A DNA stretch of 60,732 bases, filler included, from Dirinaria sp. TL-2023a (GCA_051941275.1; 7 parts of 7 records of this genome joined end to end with filler, not necessarily neighbours in it); one strand, 5' to 3'; shown: positions 21,981 through 34,693, numbered from the whole stretch's first letter. Program-made: numbers and translations. Notes: generated by a model from the letters alone, not told the origin.

Positions 21981-22716
21981 TATGTGACTACTGGATCGAC
22001 CGGCAGGTACTCCAGAGGAAGAGAAGATGCTTGAGCCAGTCAAACACCGGTTTTCGCGGCAACTAACAGAGCGCGATCTCCCTTATGCGTTGCATGGCTA
22101 TTCGGTCTTGATATACCTTAGGCGTATAGGGAAGAAGTGATGGCGTCACAAAGCCATTGACACAGAGAACGCACGATCACTTTGTCCAGTGTTGACCCCC
22201 AAAAAAAAAAAAAAAAACAATTCTCGTTGTTTTACACAGGGAAGGAATACAGAAAGCCTTTGTGAGCTGAGGAGAGGGAGGCAGCCTTCTTGCCTTTTAC
22301 CCTTTCCTGTAGCCATGTCATATTCATTCCAAAGTTCTACCGGCGAGTGCCATCTGGAGGATCTACTTCTATCTTGTGCGTTGGCAAAGCAGGACACTTT
22401 GCTAACCTGATACGTACCTCCGAACATCCAGATCGTCAGGTTAGGGTGGGCAGCCGCACGGGCTTTATGCACAGAGAGGACAAGATCAGCACACTTGCTG
22501 CAGGGTTCAAGAACTGTCAAACGTAGGTGTGAGAACTGAGAAACTTCCTCTGTCTGTACGGGGTACGGAAACAGGTGCAGTGCACAGACTTCGCTTGAAA
22601 TCTCCCTACAGACTCTTTTCCTCGTTGCTCCTTTTAAGAATGCGGTAGCTTCATCTTAGATGAGATAGGGGCTCGCTGCTGTGTTAATGCACGCCAAGAC
22701 TGAGTTGTGCATACGA

Positions 22717-23192
22717 GTACGGAGTACTCCGTACGGAGTTACCTTAATACTGTACAGAATACCTGCATGTAAGTACCTTACTTAACTCCGTACTGTCCAG
22801 GTGGTTCCGGGTGGTTCAGGCATTCCATAGGTACATATTGTAGGTAAGTTAGCAGCAATACGTGGGTTTGCCTGGCAAGCCTGGGTAACATTATTGTTAG
22901 ATGAGCTTACCTAATAATTTGCATTAGGTAAGGTAAAGGTACGGAGTACGGAGGACGTCCTTTGACATGGTTCTTGTCACGTGCCGAGGCTGCGGGTACC
23001 GTAGGGAAGAAGCTTGAGCGTTGTCCGTCATCCTTGCTAGCGCCCCCTCGGCACCCCTTGACCGAATCCGACCATTAGAAATGAGTAGGGCAATAATAGT
23101 TAGAACAATCTATCATACACTCCGCATCTTATTGCGCTTGAACAATTGTTGAAGCTCTCTGTTTTCCCCAATCTCGTGTTGGTACTCCGTAC
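22717..23192. promoter_or_regulatory. Cluster of TACGGAGTA/TACTCCGTA motifs including an 18-bp perfect palindrome
   Basis: GTACGGAGTACTCCGTAC at 22717-22734; further copies at 22785, 22939 and 23182, in a divergent intergenic region. Confidence 0.5.
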
Positions 23193-23438
23193 CGCTTTCA
23201 CTCGTTACAACGTGGCCTACCTCTTCCACTCAGCAGATAGAGCCTAACGACCATCCGCCAAGTCCTTCAAGCCCTACAGTCCGCGCTTCGGTACATTCCA
23301 TTCTCGACGTTTTGCGCCGTTTCAGGAGATACTGCTGAGATCCTCTCAACATTGCAGCTAAACTTCGGAATCGCTTCAGAACCGTCGACTGACGGGGAAG
23401 CGCTGTGGCTCAATATCTCGCTTCGCCCTTCCGTGGCA

Positions 23439-25702
23439 ATGCATGTAGATTTTCGGATTGACCTTGCCTGGTGCCTCACCTTTGCCACTGTGGTAAATCC
23501 TGTTCAAGCTTTCTACATACCAGGTCGGTCTTGGAATTCTAGCGTCGCAGTGGGCTGAATCAAACTGATGAGTTTTGGACAGGATGGTCAATCCGAAGCT
23601 ATGTCGATAACGAAGCCATACCCCTTCATGTGAACAAAGTCTACTCGGACAGGACTCAGTTGCAGTACGCGTACTATGAGTTGCCATTTGTCTTCCCGCC
23701 AACGGGTAAAGAGCATGCCGGATATGTTAGTGGCAGGAGCGTATCCCTGAATTTAGGGGAGGTGCTGCGAGGGGACAGGATCATGACATCGGACTACGAT
23801 CTCGCCATGAACCAAGACCAAGATTGCCGATTTTTAGGAACGCACAAGACCGACCGGAGAGGTGTGAAGCGGGCGCGACAACTGATCGAAAATGGCTACG
23901 TTGCAGAATGGATCGTCGACAACCTACCAGGCGCGACAAGCTTCGTCACTGTCGACAAAACCCACAAGTACTACGCCGCAGGCTTCAAAATTGGCGACAA
24001 GGACTTCTCGCCCGTTACTGGAAAACCAAGGTATTTCCTCAACAACCATCACACGTTTGTTATCCGCTGGCGAAAAGCTTCCGGACGAGCGGGTGAGCGG
24101 GGCGCCAAAGTCATCGTAGGGTTCGAGGTTTATCCTAAAAGCATTGAAGCTGGCCATAGGACCAGCAATGGCTGTCCTCAGGATGTTCACGGAGATACTG
24201 ATGGTCTGGAAATCTATCTTACAGCTAACTCTACGTCTCTAGCTGGCAAATACCCACATTCCTCTTACCTGCCCGACGAGGACGATGCCACCGATGATGG
24301 CTCAACATTCACAATACCGTATTCCTATTCTGTATACTTTCGTGAAGATGAGAGGGTCGATTGGTCAAAGAGATGGGATATGTACTTCAACAACCAGGAG
24401 GAAGGGACAAGCATTCACTGGCTAGCCATCGCCAATTCCTTGATCATCTGTGGCCTCCTAAGCGCTGTCGTTGTGATGATTGTCCATCGAACGATTACTG
24501 CGGATGGAAAAGGTCAGCTCAAAGAGGAGGAGGGGAGGATGCGATTGAGAAAGAAAAGGCCCAAAATGGGATTATCTTCTCCCAGACCTGATGGTAAAGG
24601 CGGCTTGCTAGAGCAGAAGGGTGATGTAGACGGTTTGGACGTTTCATCGGACGAAGAGTCCATCGAAGATGTAACCGGCTGGAAACTACTTCATGGGGAC
24701 GTATTTCGGGCCCCACCGTATGCCGGTTTTTTGGCGCCTCTGATTGGGTCCGGGATGCAGCTTGTCTTCATGGCCACTTCTCTGCTTGTCCTTAGCTGTG
24801 TGGGCATCCTGAACCCCAGTTTTCGGGGCGGGTTTGCCAGTGTCGGCATTGGGCTTTTTATTTTCGCCGGTGTCTTCTCCGGATACTTTTCCGCACGAGT
24901 TTACAAAACCTTCGGAGGCATGAACTGGAGGAAGAACACCATGATCACAGCTTTGCTCTTTCCAGGCCTACTCTTCTCAACAATCTTCATCCTCAACCTC
25001 TTCGTCTGGGCTCAAGCATCCAGCACTGCGCTGCCGTTCGGCACACTGGTCGGCCTTGCCTTCCTCTGGCTCTTCATTCAGCTCCCACTTGTCTACGTAG
25101 GCAGCTGGTACGGCTACCACAACAGCGCCGCCTACGAGCACCCAACAAAGACCAGCACCATTCCTCGTCAAATCCCGGAGCAGGCTTGGTACACCAAGAG
25201 CATCCACAGCGTTCTACTTGCAGGCCTTGTTCCCTTCGCGGTCATCTTCATCGAACTCCTCTTCCTCTTCCGCAATCTCTGGCAGGATAAGAGCGGGTAT
25301 TACTATGTCTTCGGCTTTCTGACGGTGGTGTGTCTCGTGAACATCGTCACCGTTATCGAAGTCACGATCGTGGCCACGTATATCCAGTTGTGCGCGGAGA
25401 ACTACCATTGGTGGTGGCAATCCGTCTTCATAGGAGGCGGCAGCTCCTTTTGGGTTTTCCTGTACTGCATCTGGTTCTACGCTACGAAATTGCACATTTC
25501 CGGGTTTGTCTCCGGTCTCCTTTTCTTTAGCTACAGCCTGTTGGCCTGTTCGGTGTACGGGTTATTGACGGGTACGGTGGGGTTTCTGACAGCGTATGCA
25601 TTTGTGAGGCGCATATATGGGTAGGATCTCTTCATCCTTCACTTTGTGGAACCCATTGTTCCCTCACTAACTTGTTCTAACAGTGCTATTAAGGTGGACT
25701 GA
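23439..25702 (+). CDS. Transmembrane 9 superfamily (Emp70/TM9SF) protein, 3 exons
   Basis: Signal peptide ending AFYIPG; LGEVLRGDRI, IHWLAIANS, GWKLLHGDVFR and ENYHWWW motifs. Introns 23524-23582 and 25621-25683. C-terminal AIKVD (KxD/E motif). Confidence 0.95.
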
Positions 25703-25915
25703 GCCTTTGGGTGGGAACTGATTGCATCAGAGGTCGCTCACTGACCGGTAATGACATTTGGGAAAGCGGATTACAACATGCATAGAGGATCACACAAACA
25801 CCGGGGTTGCTGCCAAGCTTTCAGCAGGGACACTTTCACATTAATAATGATAGCAGCAAAAAAAAAAATTTTTTTTTTCGATTTTTCTTGCTTGGGAAAC
25901 GAAAACCCGCAAGAT

Positions 25916-25948
25916 CTACCTACCTACCTACCTACCTACCTATCTACC
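25916..25948. repeat. (CTAC)n microsatellite
   Basis: Tandem tetranucleotide repeat. Confidence 0.85.
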
Positions 25949-26000
25949 TTTACTGAAACTTCTCTCTCCAAAAGAATCAGTACCTCTTAGGAATAGACAT

Positions 26001-26100
26001 NNNNNNNNNNNNNNNNNNNNNNNNNNNNNNNNNNNNNNNNNNNNTTAATTAATTAANNNNNNNNNNNNNNNNNNNNNNNNNNNNNNNNNNNNNNNNNNNN
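26001..26100. other. Artificial contig linker
   Basis: N44-TTAATTAATTAA-N44. Confidence 0.99.
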
Positions 26101-27389
26101 CCATTATCCCCCTTACCGAGAATCCATTCCCAATCATGGACAGTGTACACCACCGAATTATCAAACGCAACTCCTGAATTCTCAAAATGAACAAAAGTAT
26201 TCAAACCACCTCACTTACAAACAGAACCGTCACGTCAAAAATCGCATTCAACAATGCCTCATACAGTAGCATAATTGAAAAAAAAAAATGATAGAATTAG
26301 TGGTTTAGGCCTCGCCAACGCCAGAGACCATATCTCAAAATATTGCCCCCCTTCCCAGTGGCGCTCAAAATATATCCTTGACCTCTCTGCGGTCGGTCTC
26401 TGAAGTGGTTGTAGGAGGTGAGTAAAAAAGAGAGTTTTTTCACAAGGCGTTATAAATAGCGGGTATGAAATTCAAAGGGGGTATTAAAGATTTCATACAT
26501 ATTTGTGACGATTTACACACTGCTTGACGGACTTACAAAAATTTTTATAGAGATGTAGATGATCTGGAACAGGAGTTGACTTAAAACCCGAGTGTCGATC
26601 GATGGATTGTGATGCGTATAGGAACGGATTTATATACGTATGTTATGCTGATTGTTATACGTGGGAGCTTATCGTGGAGATAATCTAGCTTTCAATTTAT
26701 ACTCCGCCTTATAATTACGTATAAGAGCATACTCCCGTCATACAGAGGATTCTGAATCAGGATCAACTTTTAGCGTCAGCCCCTTGTTCAGTGTACCGAG
26801 AACCGGACAAGCCTGGATACGTGTCTACGCATGGAAGTTGTAGGGCGTCTTCTGCAGCTTGGGAGCGCCGGGTGCGACTAGGGAGTGCGCCGGTCAGACC
26901 TCGCTGTAGGTAGAAGTGACTTAATGATGCAGTGAGAAGACGCCAATGGGTCTTTAAATCGAGTATAAATGATCTTATCGGTTAGTTCTATTTTTGTCTC
27001 TCCCTCAGACTGGGTCTCTTATTATTCGACATCTTTGAGTACGAATACTTTGCTCCCTTTTGAATGAAACTCATTGACTTATTTCACCAAAATATTGAAG
27101 CATAAACACCATCATCTTCAGCAATGATTCACTTTTGGAACTGGGTGACCCGATAAACTCACTGGCTTTCCGTGAAGTTGGACGAAACTTTGGTTCTCAA
27201 TTAGCTGAACCAAGGGAAACATTTTGAAATTGAAGACTTTTGCAACCAGCGGTGTCGCAGCTGAGAACAGCTTCGCGTTCGAGATAAATGTTCACCACTC
27301 TGCTAGGGCTGCAGCTCGCTCGCTACTGGGTGTGCATAGAAAATCATGCAATGTTCTTCAGCTCAACTGCACGAATAGATCACGAACTC

Positions 27390-28283
27390 TCATGCTGCCG
27401 CACAGGGCCATGCTCCCTGACAACGGATTCCCCTCAGTCCACGATCTCTCTTGGCAGTGGCCACGTTGGTCTTATTACCGCCTAGTACCACTCCATCCCA
27501 AGGCCATTTCGGACTATCCCAATCGAACGGCTGTTGCATCTCAACAGTTTGCCCAGCTTGTGGCTTTTTACGTCCAAACGGATACAACGATACCCACGAT
27601 GGAACCAAGCCCGCTTCTTTCGCCGCCTCAGCTGTCAGTCGTACAGCGCCCGGGGGAAATTCTTGCAATGGCCGAGCAACATCGCTCCATTCCCATTCTC
27701 CGGGACTAGCGATAATCAGTACGCTGGGAATAAAAGCGTCGACATCCTCTTTCCTGGTGAAATTGCGCGTGGAATCAAAAGGCGGCTCCTGCGGCGCATG
27801 CGGATCGTACCGGGCAAGCTCGCCCTCCAGAATTTCCCACGCGATGTCGTCGTCGCCACCGGTTAATTCTAAATATTCTAAAGGAAGCGCTTGCGTCATG
27901 ACATGGAGATGGTAAAGTGTTAAAGCTTCTCCTGGATACGTGATTGGCGGGTAGCCCATCCCAGTGTATTCCTCGGCGTGAAATTGACACTCGTCGGTCG
28001 TAGCGACCCACCATACTGCATGCGATTCTGCGGTGGTTGCATCGATGATGGCAAAACCTTCCTTCTTGTTCTCCTGGTCAAGGAGCAGTCGGATGTCGAG
28101 GTGGGAGAGGCCGTGGAAGTCTGCACGGTCGTGAATGGAAATGACGGTTTCGGGTCGATGGAAGCGCGCGAAGCTGCCGATGTTGTAGTCATGGATGATG
28201 GCGTTGTGAACCTCAGGAAGGAGACGAACGGTGGAGTAGGCGTTGACAATTTGCGGCGGGTAGGCAGGTGTGAACACGACCAT
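27390..28283 (-). CDS. Hypothetical 297-aa protein
   Basis: Intronless ORF with globular-looking, acidic composition (FAIIDATTAESHAVWWV). The only intact long ORF on this contig. Confidence 0.7.
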   Translation of the reverse strand: MVVFTPAYPPQIVNAYSTVRLLPEVHNAIIHDYNIGSFARFHRPETVISIHDRADFHGLSHLDIRLLLDQENKKEGFAIIDATTAESHAVWWVATTDECQFHAEEYTGMGYPPITYPGEALTLYHLHVMTQALPLEYLELTGGDDDIAWEILEGELARYDPHAPQEPPFDSTRNFTRKEDVDAFIPSVLIIASPGEWEWSDVARPLQEFPPGAVRLTAEAAKEAGLVPSWVSLYPFGRKKPQAGQTVEMQQPFDWDSPKWPWDGVVLGGNKTNVATAKRDRGLRGIRCQGAWPCAAA

Positions 28284-29383
28284 GATGATGATATGAGAGC
28301 GCAGTCAGTAGTCGATTGCGATAGAAGACGGACATTGATTGACGGTTAAATAGATCGAATGCACGAAAGCGGCAAGAAAGTCGCATAACGGCTTTCGTTG
28401 GAAACGGGGTCTGTGAGTTCGTCGCAAGAGAGATCTTCCATGAAGGATTCTGCCCAGCAGATTTCGTCTAGGACTCGCATAATGCTGCATTTCAATGACT
28501 GTGTCATCACAAGCATGGAGCTCATAATAAAGGACAAAAATCTAGCCGGCTGTCGCTGAGAGAGCGTATCAACGAGCGATGATTAGCTCGTCCAAATGAA
28601 CCGGCTTCTGACACCATGACATCCTATTCTCAGAAACCTTACGCACTCCGCATTGATAAGCGCAGTGGTGCACTATCGACTGAGTTCAGTGACCACAGAC
28701 TCAGCATATCGTGGTGGTGTAGTCCATCGATTGTTCAGTCTCTTGGACCAGAGCAGCATACCAACCATACAATCTTAGCTAGCCTTGTCCAGTGTGCCAG
28801 GATAGTGTTGTCATATATGCAATAGCGACAGCTACAGGATAGTACTTTGGCATGATAGGGGTAATTGCTAAAGGAGAGGTCGTCAGGTTAAGTAATGTAC
28901 ATAGCAGTCGAGGTAGCCTACCGAGCCTACTGAGCCTAGCGACATGATTACCGTGAGGTACCTTAGTCAGGCCCCTCTGGCGGAACCCTGGTTGAGCCCC
29001 AACACCCATCCTCTTTCAACACATAGGACATAGGCAAACAGGTAAGTACCTTTAGGCATTCTGTTGCAATATGGCAGGAAGGGTGGAACCCTAGGGTACA
29101 ACCTAGGGTTGAGAAGGGATGAACTCATGGCTAAACCCATTAGGGTTAGGGTCCAGGCACTCGGTCCGAGGTGCCGCTAGGCCTGGACATCTATATAAAA
29201 CTTCCATCAACTCCATAGTAACTACCACATAGAGTTATGACCAATTGACACGATGTCACCGTTCCAACACATTCTATCCTATCAAGAGGTCACAATCCAC
29301 TTGAAATACTCTATGATCCAATTTTTCCGCAACAACTGAGCTCATCCGATTAAACCAAGAATTCAGGAGATCCTTCATTGGAA

Positions 29384-29713
29384 ATGGACGACACTAAGAC
29401 TCAGACCTCCGAAGGTCTCCCACCCGCCGTTGCCAATATGAAGACTTTGACGCTTGTTATAAAATCGCTTACAATAAGAGAGAATCAAGTTCGAGTTTCA
29501 GCAATCACCTCATCCTCAGCCGCTAAGACGACAGCTAGCACGCTTAGAAATCAGAGTGCAACATAAATCGCTACGAGTGAAGACTGCCAAGGCGAGGAAA
29601 GAGCGTCTGAGATTGCTACTGAATATCCGAGACCCGAGATCGCAGGCCCCAATGAAGTAGAGCTGAAAAACGGAACAGTCTCCCAAACGACAGAGTGCCA
29701 AGATATAGAATGA
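29384..29713 (+). pseudogene. Probable decayed gene fragment
   Basis: TATATAAAA near 29192 and ATG 29384. Protein-like frame continues past TAA 29564 (..NQSAT*IATSEDCQGEER..) to TGA 29711. Confidence 0.35.
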
Positions 29714-31446
29714 CTGCTTTGAGAAAAAAAACTGTGATCGAAATGCTTGTTCGATTGAGCAGGCTTCATTTTCAACGTAGATTTGTGGCAGGAAGACTCG
29801 TATCATGACCATTCTGGGTAAGCCATTTCTGAACGCTAATGTGCTTTCCTTACAAATACTGTTCATCTCATGTAAATTAGCCACGTTCCCACAGTCGAGT
29901 GTGGCTCTTTGCTACTCTCGCCAAAAGAAAGCGCACTGTGACCCCCGCAGATCAAAAAGGCAACACAGATGATGCGTCACAATGATTCGGATCAATCTTG
30001 ATTTAAACCAAGCATGAGGATGACCGATTATGCCAAGAGTAAAGAGACGTAAGGCTAGTGAGAGATAAACCTGGAAATGACTGCTGTGGGTTTATGATCG
30101 CACTTACAGCTGCTAGGTCCAAGGATTCTACGCTCAGATATCTCAAGCGTACAGCAGACTCGCCACAACTATACTTGCAATGTTATTCATTTTGGTATCT
30201 TTTGGGATCGTATATTACCATATTCGAGTCAGTTTTTGGAAATGTGTGAAAGACAAGAGCTCATCACTTCCGGGGGTTTCCCGTCCACGGTCAGAGATCA
30301 ATGCATGAGAAGCCAACAAAGGGCTCATTGCGCTCAGCGATGGAAAGCCTATATTCCAACATTGTCAGTATTAGATATGCCGAAGTAGGCGTAAAGATCC
30401 ACTGCGTGCGCTCAGAACTCAGTGTCCAGACCGGATACTTGAATTTCTCACCAGTAATCGTCGTTATATTCTCGGCATAGCAGATCTTTTGCAACTTGAA
30501 GAAGAAAAGTCTTCTTCCCGAAGGCAGCCAGCTTGCTATCAGACGATTGGTATCGCTTTGGCAAAGGCTACACAGCACTGATAAGGAAGTCCGCGTTGAA
30601 CACTCTAGCCTTTGCACCTCAAAGGGGTTCAGCTCATTATCTCGGCAATGGGGTAGAAAGTATCAGCGCTTGCCGACTCCTGGTATCTCGAAATGACGAC
30701 AGGAACGTCCAAGACGGTAAGTCACGCAGTGTCGCGACACAGGACAACTTCAGAGCGCGAGAAGAATTTCCGTAGCAGTGAAAGAGAAGATCCGAAAACT
30801 AGAGGCACAGAACTTCTACCTTTTGTCAGATAGAAGCGACCTTCGGCATCTGGGTATAGATTTTATCGAGCATTAGCCCGAAGCTTGCAGATGTTATATT
30901 CAACTGCCATTCCTAATTACCCATCGCAGTCCCGACCGACAACTACGTCCATGTGCGTTCGTTAGGGTGTTTTCCTCCACGTAACACTGCGACCCTTTGC
31001 CTGCATTTCAGCGCCCTGTGCGGATTGAAGTGTTGCCACGGGCAGTTGGCCACTACCAGATTTGAAGTACAGTCTTTGAAAAACAGGCTCGGAAGGGTTA
31101 GGATGAGTCATAGCATACCTTGCTCAACAACCCTCAACATGTGGGCCCGCTCAGACCGCCAAAGTCCGAAACTTACAAAGTCCGAAACTTTCCGCGCAAC
31201 TCCCTCAACATACATAAAGCCTATTTCCCCGAAATTAGAGCCAGTAGCAAGGTGCTTTATTCTAGTCTTTCATGCCGTAACAAGGGGTAATCATGGCCCG
31301 AGGGCTCATACAAGTCCAGGTTGAAATCATTAAGAAAGGAAAGGGGGACCGAATACTGGCCTTTACTTAACAATCTGTGGGGATCAGAGATGATCAGACG
31401 CTACTCATCATTAGTAACTGGATCAAATGATGATGGAAAGCGAGCG

Positions 31447-31514
31447 GATTGTGATGACATACATGGCATATCAGCAGCGCTCAGAGCTATTGAGCCAGAG
31501 ATCAGTCTGAATCC
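31447..31514 (+). ncRNA. Candidate box C/D snoRNA-like element (copy A)
   Basis: GGAT-T-GTGATGA (C box 31451-31457) ... CTGA (31507-31510)-ATCC terminal stem. No target identified. Confidence 0.25.
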
Positions 31515-31831
31515 CTCGATCACACCTTTTCATTCCCAGCAGTGGACCAGGACCACCAGAGACTTTATCTTTCCGCTCATATCCGTCCAGAGAGACAAGG
31601 CCTATTTCCCCGAAATTAGAGCCAGCAACAAGGTGCTTTGTTCCAGTCTTTCATCGCGTAACAAGGGGTAATCCTGGCCTGAGGGCTCATACAAGTCCAG
31701 GTTGGAATCATTAAGAAAGGAAAGGGGGACCGAATACTGGCCTTTGCTTGGCAGCCTGGTGGAATCCGAGACGGCCACGGCCTAAGATACACATCATTAG
31801 CCATTGCCTGAAATGATGGCGGAGGGCAAGC

Positions 31832-31907
31832 GGATTGTGATGACATACCTGGCATCTCGAGAGCGCCCAGGGTACCTTGGTGCCTTGCCAGAATAGAGTC
31901 TGAATCC
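31832..31907 (+). ncRNA. Candidate box C/D snoRNA-like element (copy B)
   Basis: GGAT-T-GTGATGA (31837-31843) ... CTGA (31900-31903)-ATCC. No target identified. Confidence 0.25.
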
Positions 31908-33225
31908 CTCAATCAACACCCATACTACATATTCCCAGCTCATTCATTTTGGCCTGTTTGAGTAGCGAAGGCTGATGGGAAACAGGTACTGTCGGCATGG
32001 GCTGAGGCTGGGACTGCACAATGCGATGGTTGAAGGCCTTGCGAAGACGAGCATTCGGATTCTAAGCCAGCTATCAGCCTTTGTTTATACAACAACTGCT
32101 GGTACAAAACGCCGTTGTACTCACAGCATCGCCCATCAGGCCAAGAAAATATCACAAAGCAGACTTACTAGAACAAGCAACGTGCTTGGGCGTGGTATGG
32201 AGCTATGCTAGCCCTGCGTTGAGCGAGCTTAAAGATTGATGACTTTGCTCACGACTTCGAACAGAACTAATATTACAGGCAGTGCTGAAAGATATTCTAA
32301 ATGTGAGCAGGCTTTAAGACGTGCACTATAGCAAACGGCGAGCTGTCTTCTACCCAACACATACTCTTACTGGCAAGCAAACATCGACAGCGAGGGAGGC
32401 AAACTTATTAAATCGCGAACTGTACAATGGCATGGTATCTGCCGTGGTTGAGAACCATCTCAGTGCTACGTGGGCTGATAGAAGGCAGCAAGACATGATG
32501 AAAGAACGCCGTTGTGCCGATGGTTCGTGACACGAGAGCTGGAGGGAAATTCGAGCAGGAGATTAGTACTTATGTCTCGAGGATGATGGGACTCAAGAGG
32601 TGGGTCATGACTGCCTCATAAATGGTAATATGCTACGTTTGGGAAGGGATGCTCGGTAGGTAGTATGTACCTTCCTTTTACTATTCTCAATTTGCACCGA
32701 ACCTTCCACCCCGTTATCGAGAGATCATGCTGCAAACAGTCGAGCATGATGATTAAGTTTGATGCAGGGGAAATCACGGCCATACTTTGGGTATGTTCTA
32801 TTCTGCAAAGCCCTTTCCCCCAGTGATATTACGCCCAACCGTACCCAAAGGCTTAGTTACAGACACAGGAGAGCTTTCTTAACAGCGAGCGCAGTGCTGT
32901 TATCATACACCTGTCTCAGTAAAGGATCACACGATTACGATTAAGACAACAGAAATTCAAAAACTAAAGTAAGCATCATCGCAATACAGCAGGTCTTTGC
33001 TGAAATGCATCTGCCAGACTCTCCTGTAGATTCCGTAGTGAGTATCATCAGGAACGACAATAGTACCGCCATAATTACACAGAAACCAGTTATACAGGGA
33101 AAATTTCTGCCCGGGTTCAGCATATAATTTGCTGTTCGATGATTTCTCTCCTTCTCGATGGATGTGTAGCACCACTCGTGCGGCGCACATATCGCTTTCT
33201 CGCTGTTACAGCACTTCTCCAAAAA

Positions 33226-33264
<39 letters not shown>

Positions 33265-34693
33265 ACTTTAGGCACAATGGTTTTTGAAGCGGAAGATCGT
33301 TGTATCCCAATCGATTCCTCTAAAGGTTTTAGCCTCTAGCATTAATCAAGAAGGCGTATCTAGGACCCATTGCAGCGAGCAGGCGGATCATTTTCGCCTT
33401 TCTTGGTGGCTCAGTGAGTCTCGCCGTACTTTGCCAAAGCCTCCTCTCCCGAGAATCGGTTTGTCTTGGATCTAAGCACATCGGCGATCGCGATCCGATC
33501 CCTCCCAACCTCTTTGCCGACACTCACGAGACTGGAAGCCAGATGCATATAATTCTTCCGCCGGGGCGACACGGCCATTATCATGTAATCGATATTTTGA
33601 ATCACTAATCCTCGACCTTCGTACTACGACCTGCCTCGAATGAAAGCAAGTGAATCACTATAGAACTCATCAAAAACTTTGAAGAATACGGCCAGCTCTC
33701 ATCGGAAATCCGCATCATTGATAGCAAGAACGTCATTGCCGTGTATGTGATCATGAAGCATGAGCGTGCAAGGCTCACAGTATGAAGCACGCATCAGCCA
33801 CTGCAAGAGAGCATAGACCCAGGAACATCAATAGTAAAATCCTGAAGCACGGTTTATGGACGTTAACATATAGGGCAGGATCTAACTGACAAAAACCATG
33901 TTGATCGGCCTTCTAATGTTTCTTGAAGCCCAGGCGATATATTTGTTATGGCACGGTTTGTTTATCGTGAAAAGGTTGTTGATTGCTAACTACTGAATGG
34001 TGGACTAAATACAAACGCGGTTGCCATGGTGGCAATTGTCATCGTCCATGCTAGCAACTACTACTGCCAATGGTCAAAACAACACCCGGCAACCGTAACA
34101 GTATTCGTATGGTTAGATGACGAGCCTATGGATCAGCGGCGGAAACATGTCTCGTGGGATAATGAATGGTAGTCGCAAAATCCTGCCCTCGATGTCGTTG
34201 AGTCAACCAACTGCTCGAGTCATTTCTCGTCTTTCCGCACCTCCACCAACAATTAAGCGGAATTGTAATTCCCATCTAGATTATTGGCTGCATCGTACAG
34301 CAGAATATCAAGAGTGAAAGCGAATCATTTCCGGTCGTGCCAGACTTGATACGTGATCATCTACCATGGTTGAAAAAGTTAGGAGGAAGAACTATCGTTG
34401 ACAACGATTTGAGAGATAAAGCGTACCGAAGAATTATGTCCCAAAACTTCGACGTCAATGAAAAAATGACCGAATCTAAATTTCTTTTTTAGACGCGGTG
34501 CAGGTAACGCAGGGCTAGAGCAGCAAGTCTACATATTCTATTCAGCCCTAAAGCACGGAAATATTCCCATCCTCTAACTTATTTAATTCCAGTACCTAAA
34601 GAGCCCATTTCCGAAGACAAATCCTGCGATTCCAAATTCTAAGGTGCACGGAGTATGCGAAGATCACCCGGGATTTTTTTTTTTTTTTTTTTT

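Larger units (their letters stand above)
31219..31939. repeat. Tandem direct duplication, period 381 bp (copy A ~31219-31540, copy B ~31600-31939)
   Basis: Both copies start GCCTATTTCCCCGAAATTAGAGCCAG. The first ~145 bp are highly similar; the remainder is more diverged with conserved blocks. Confidence 0.95.
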
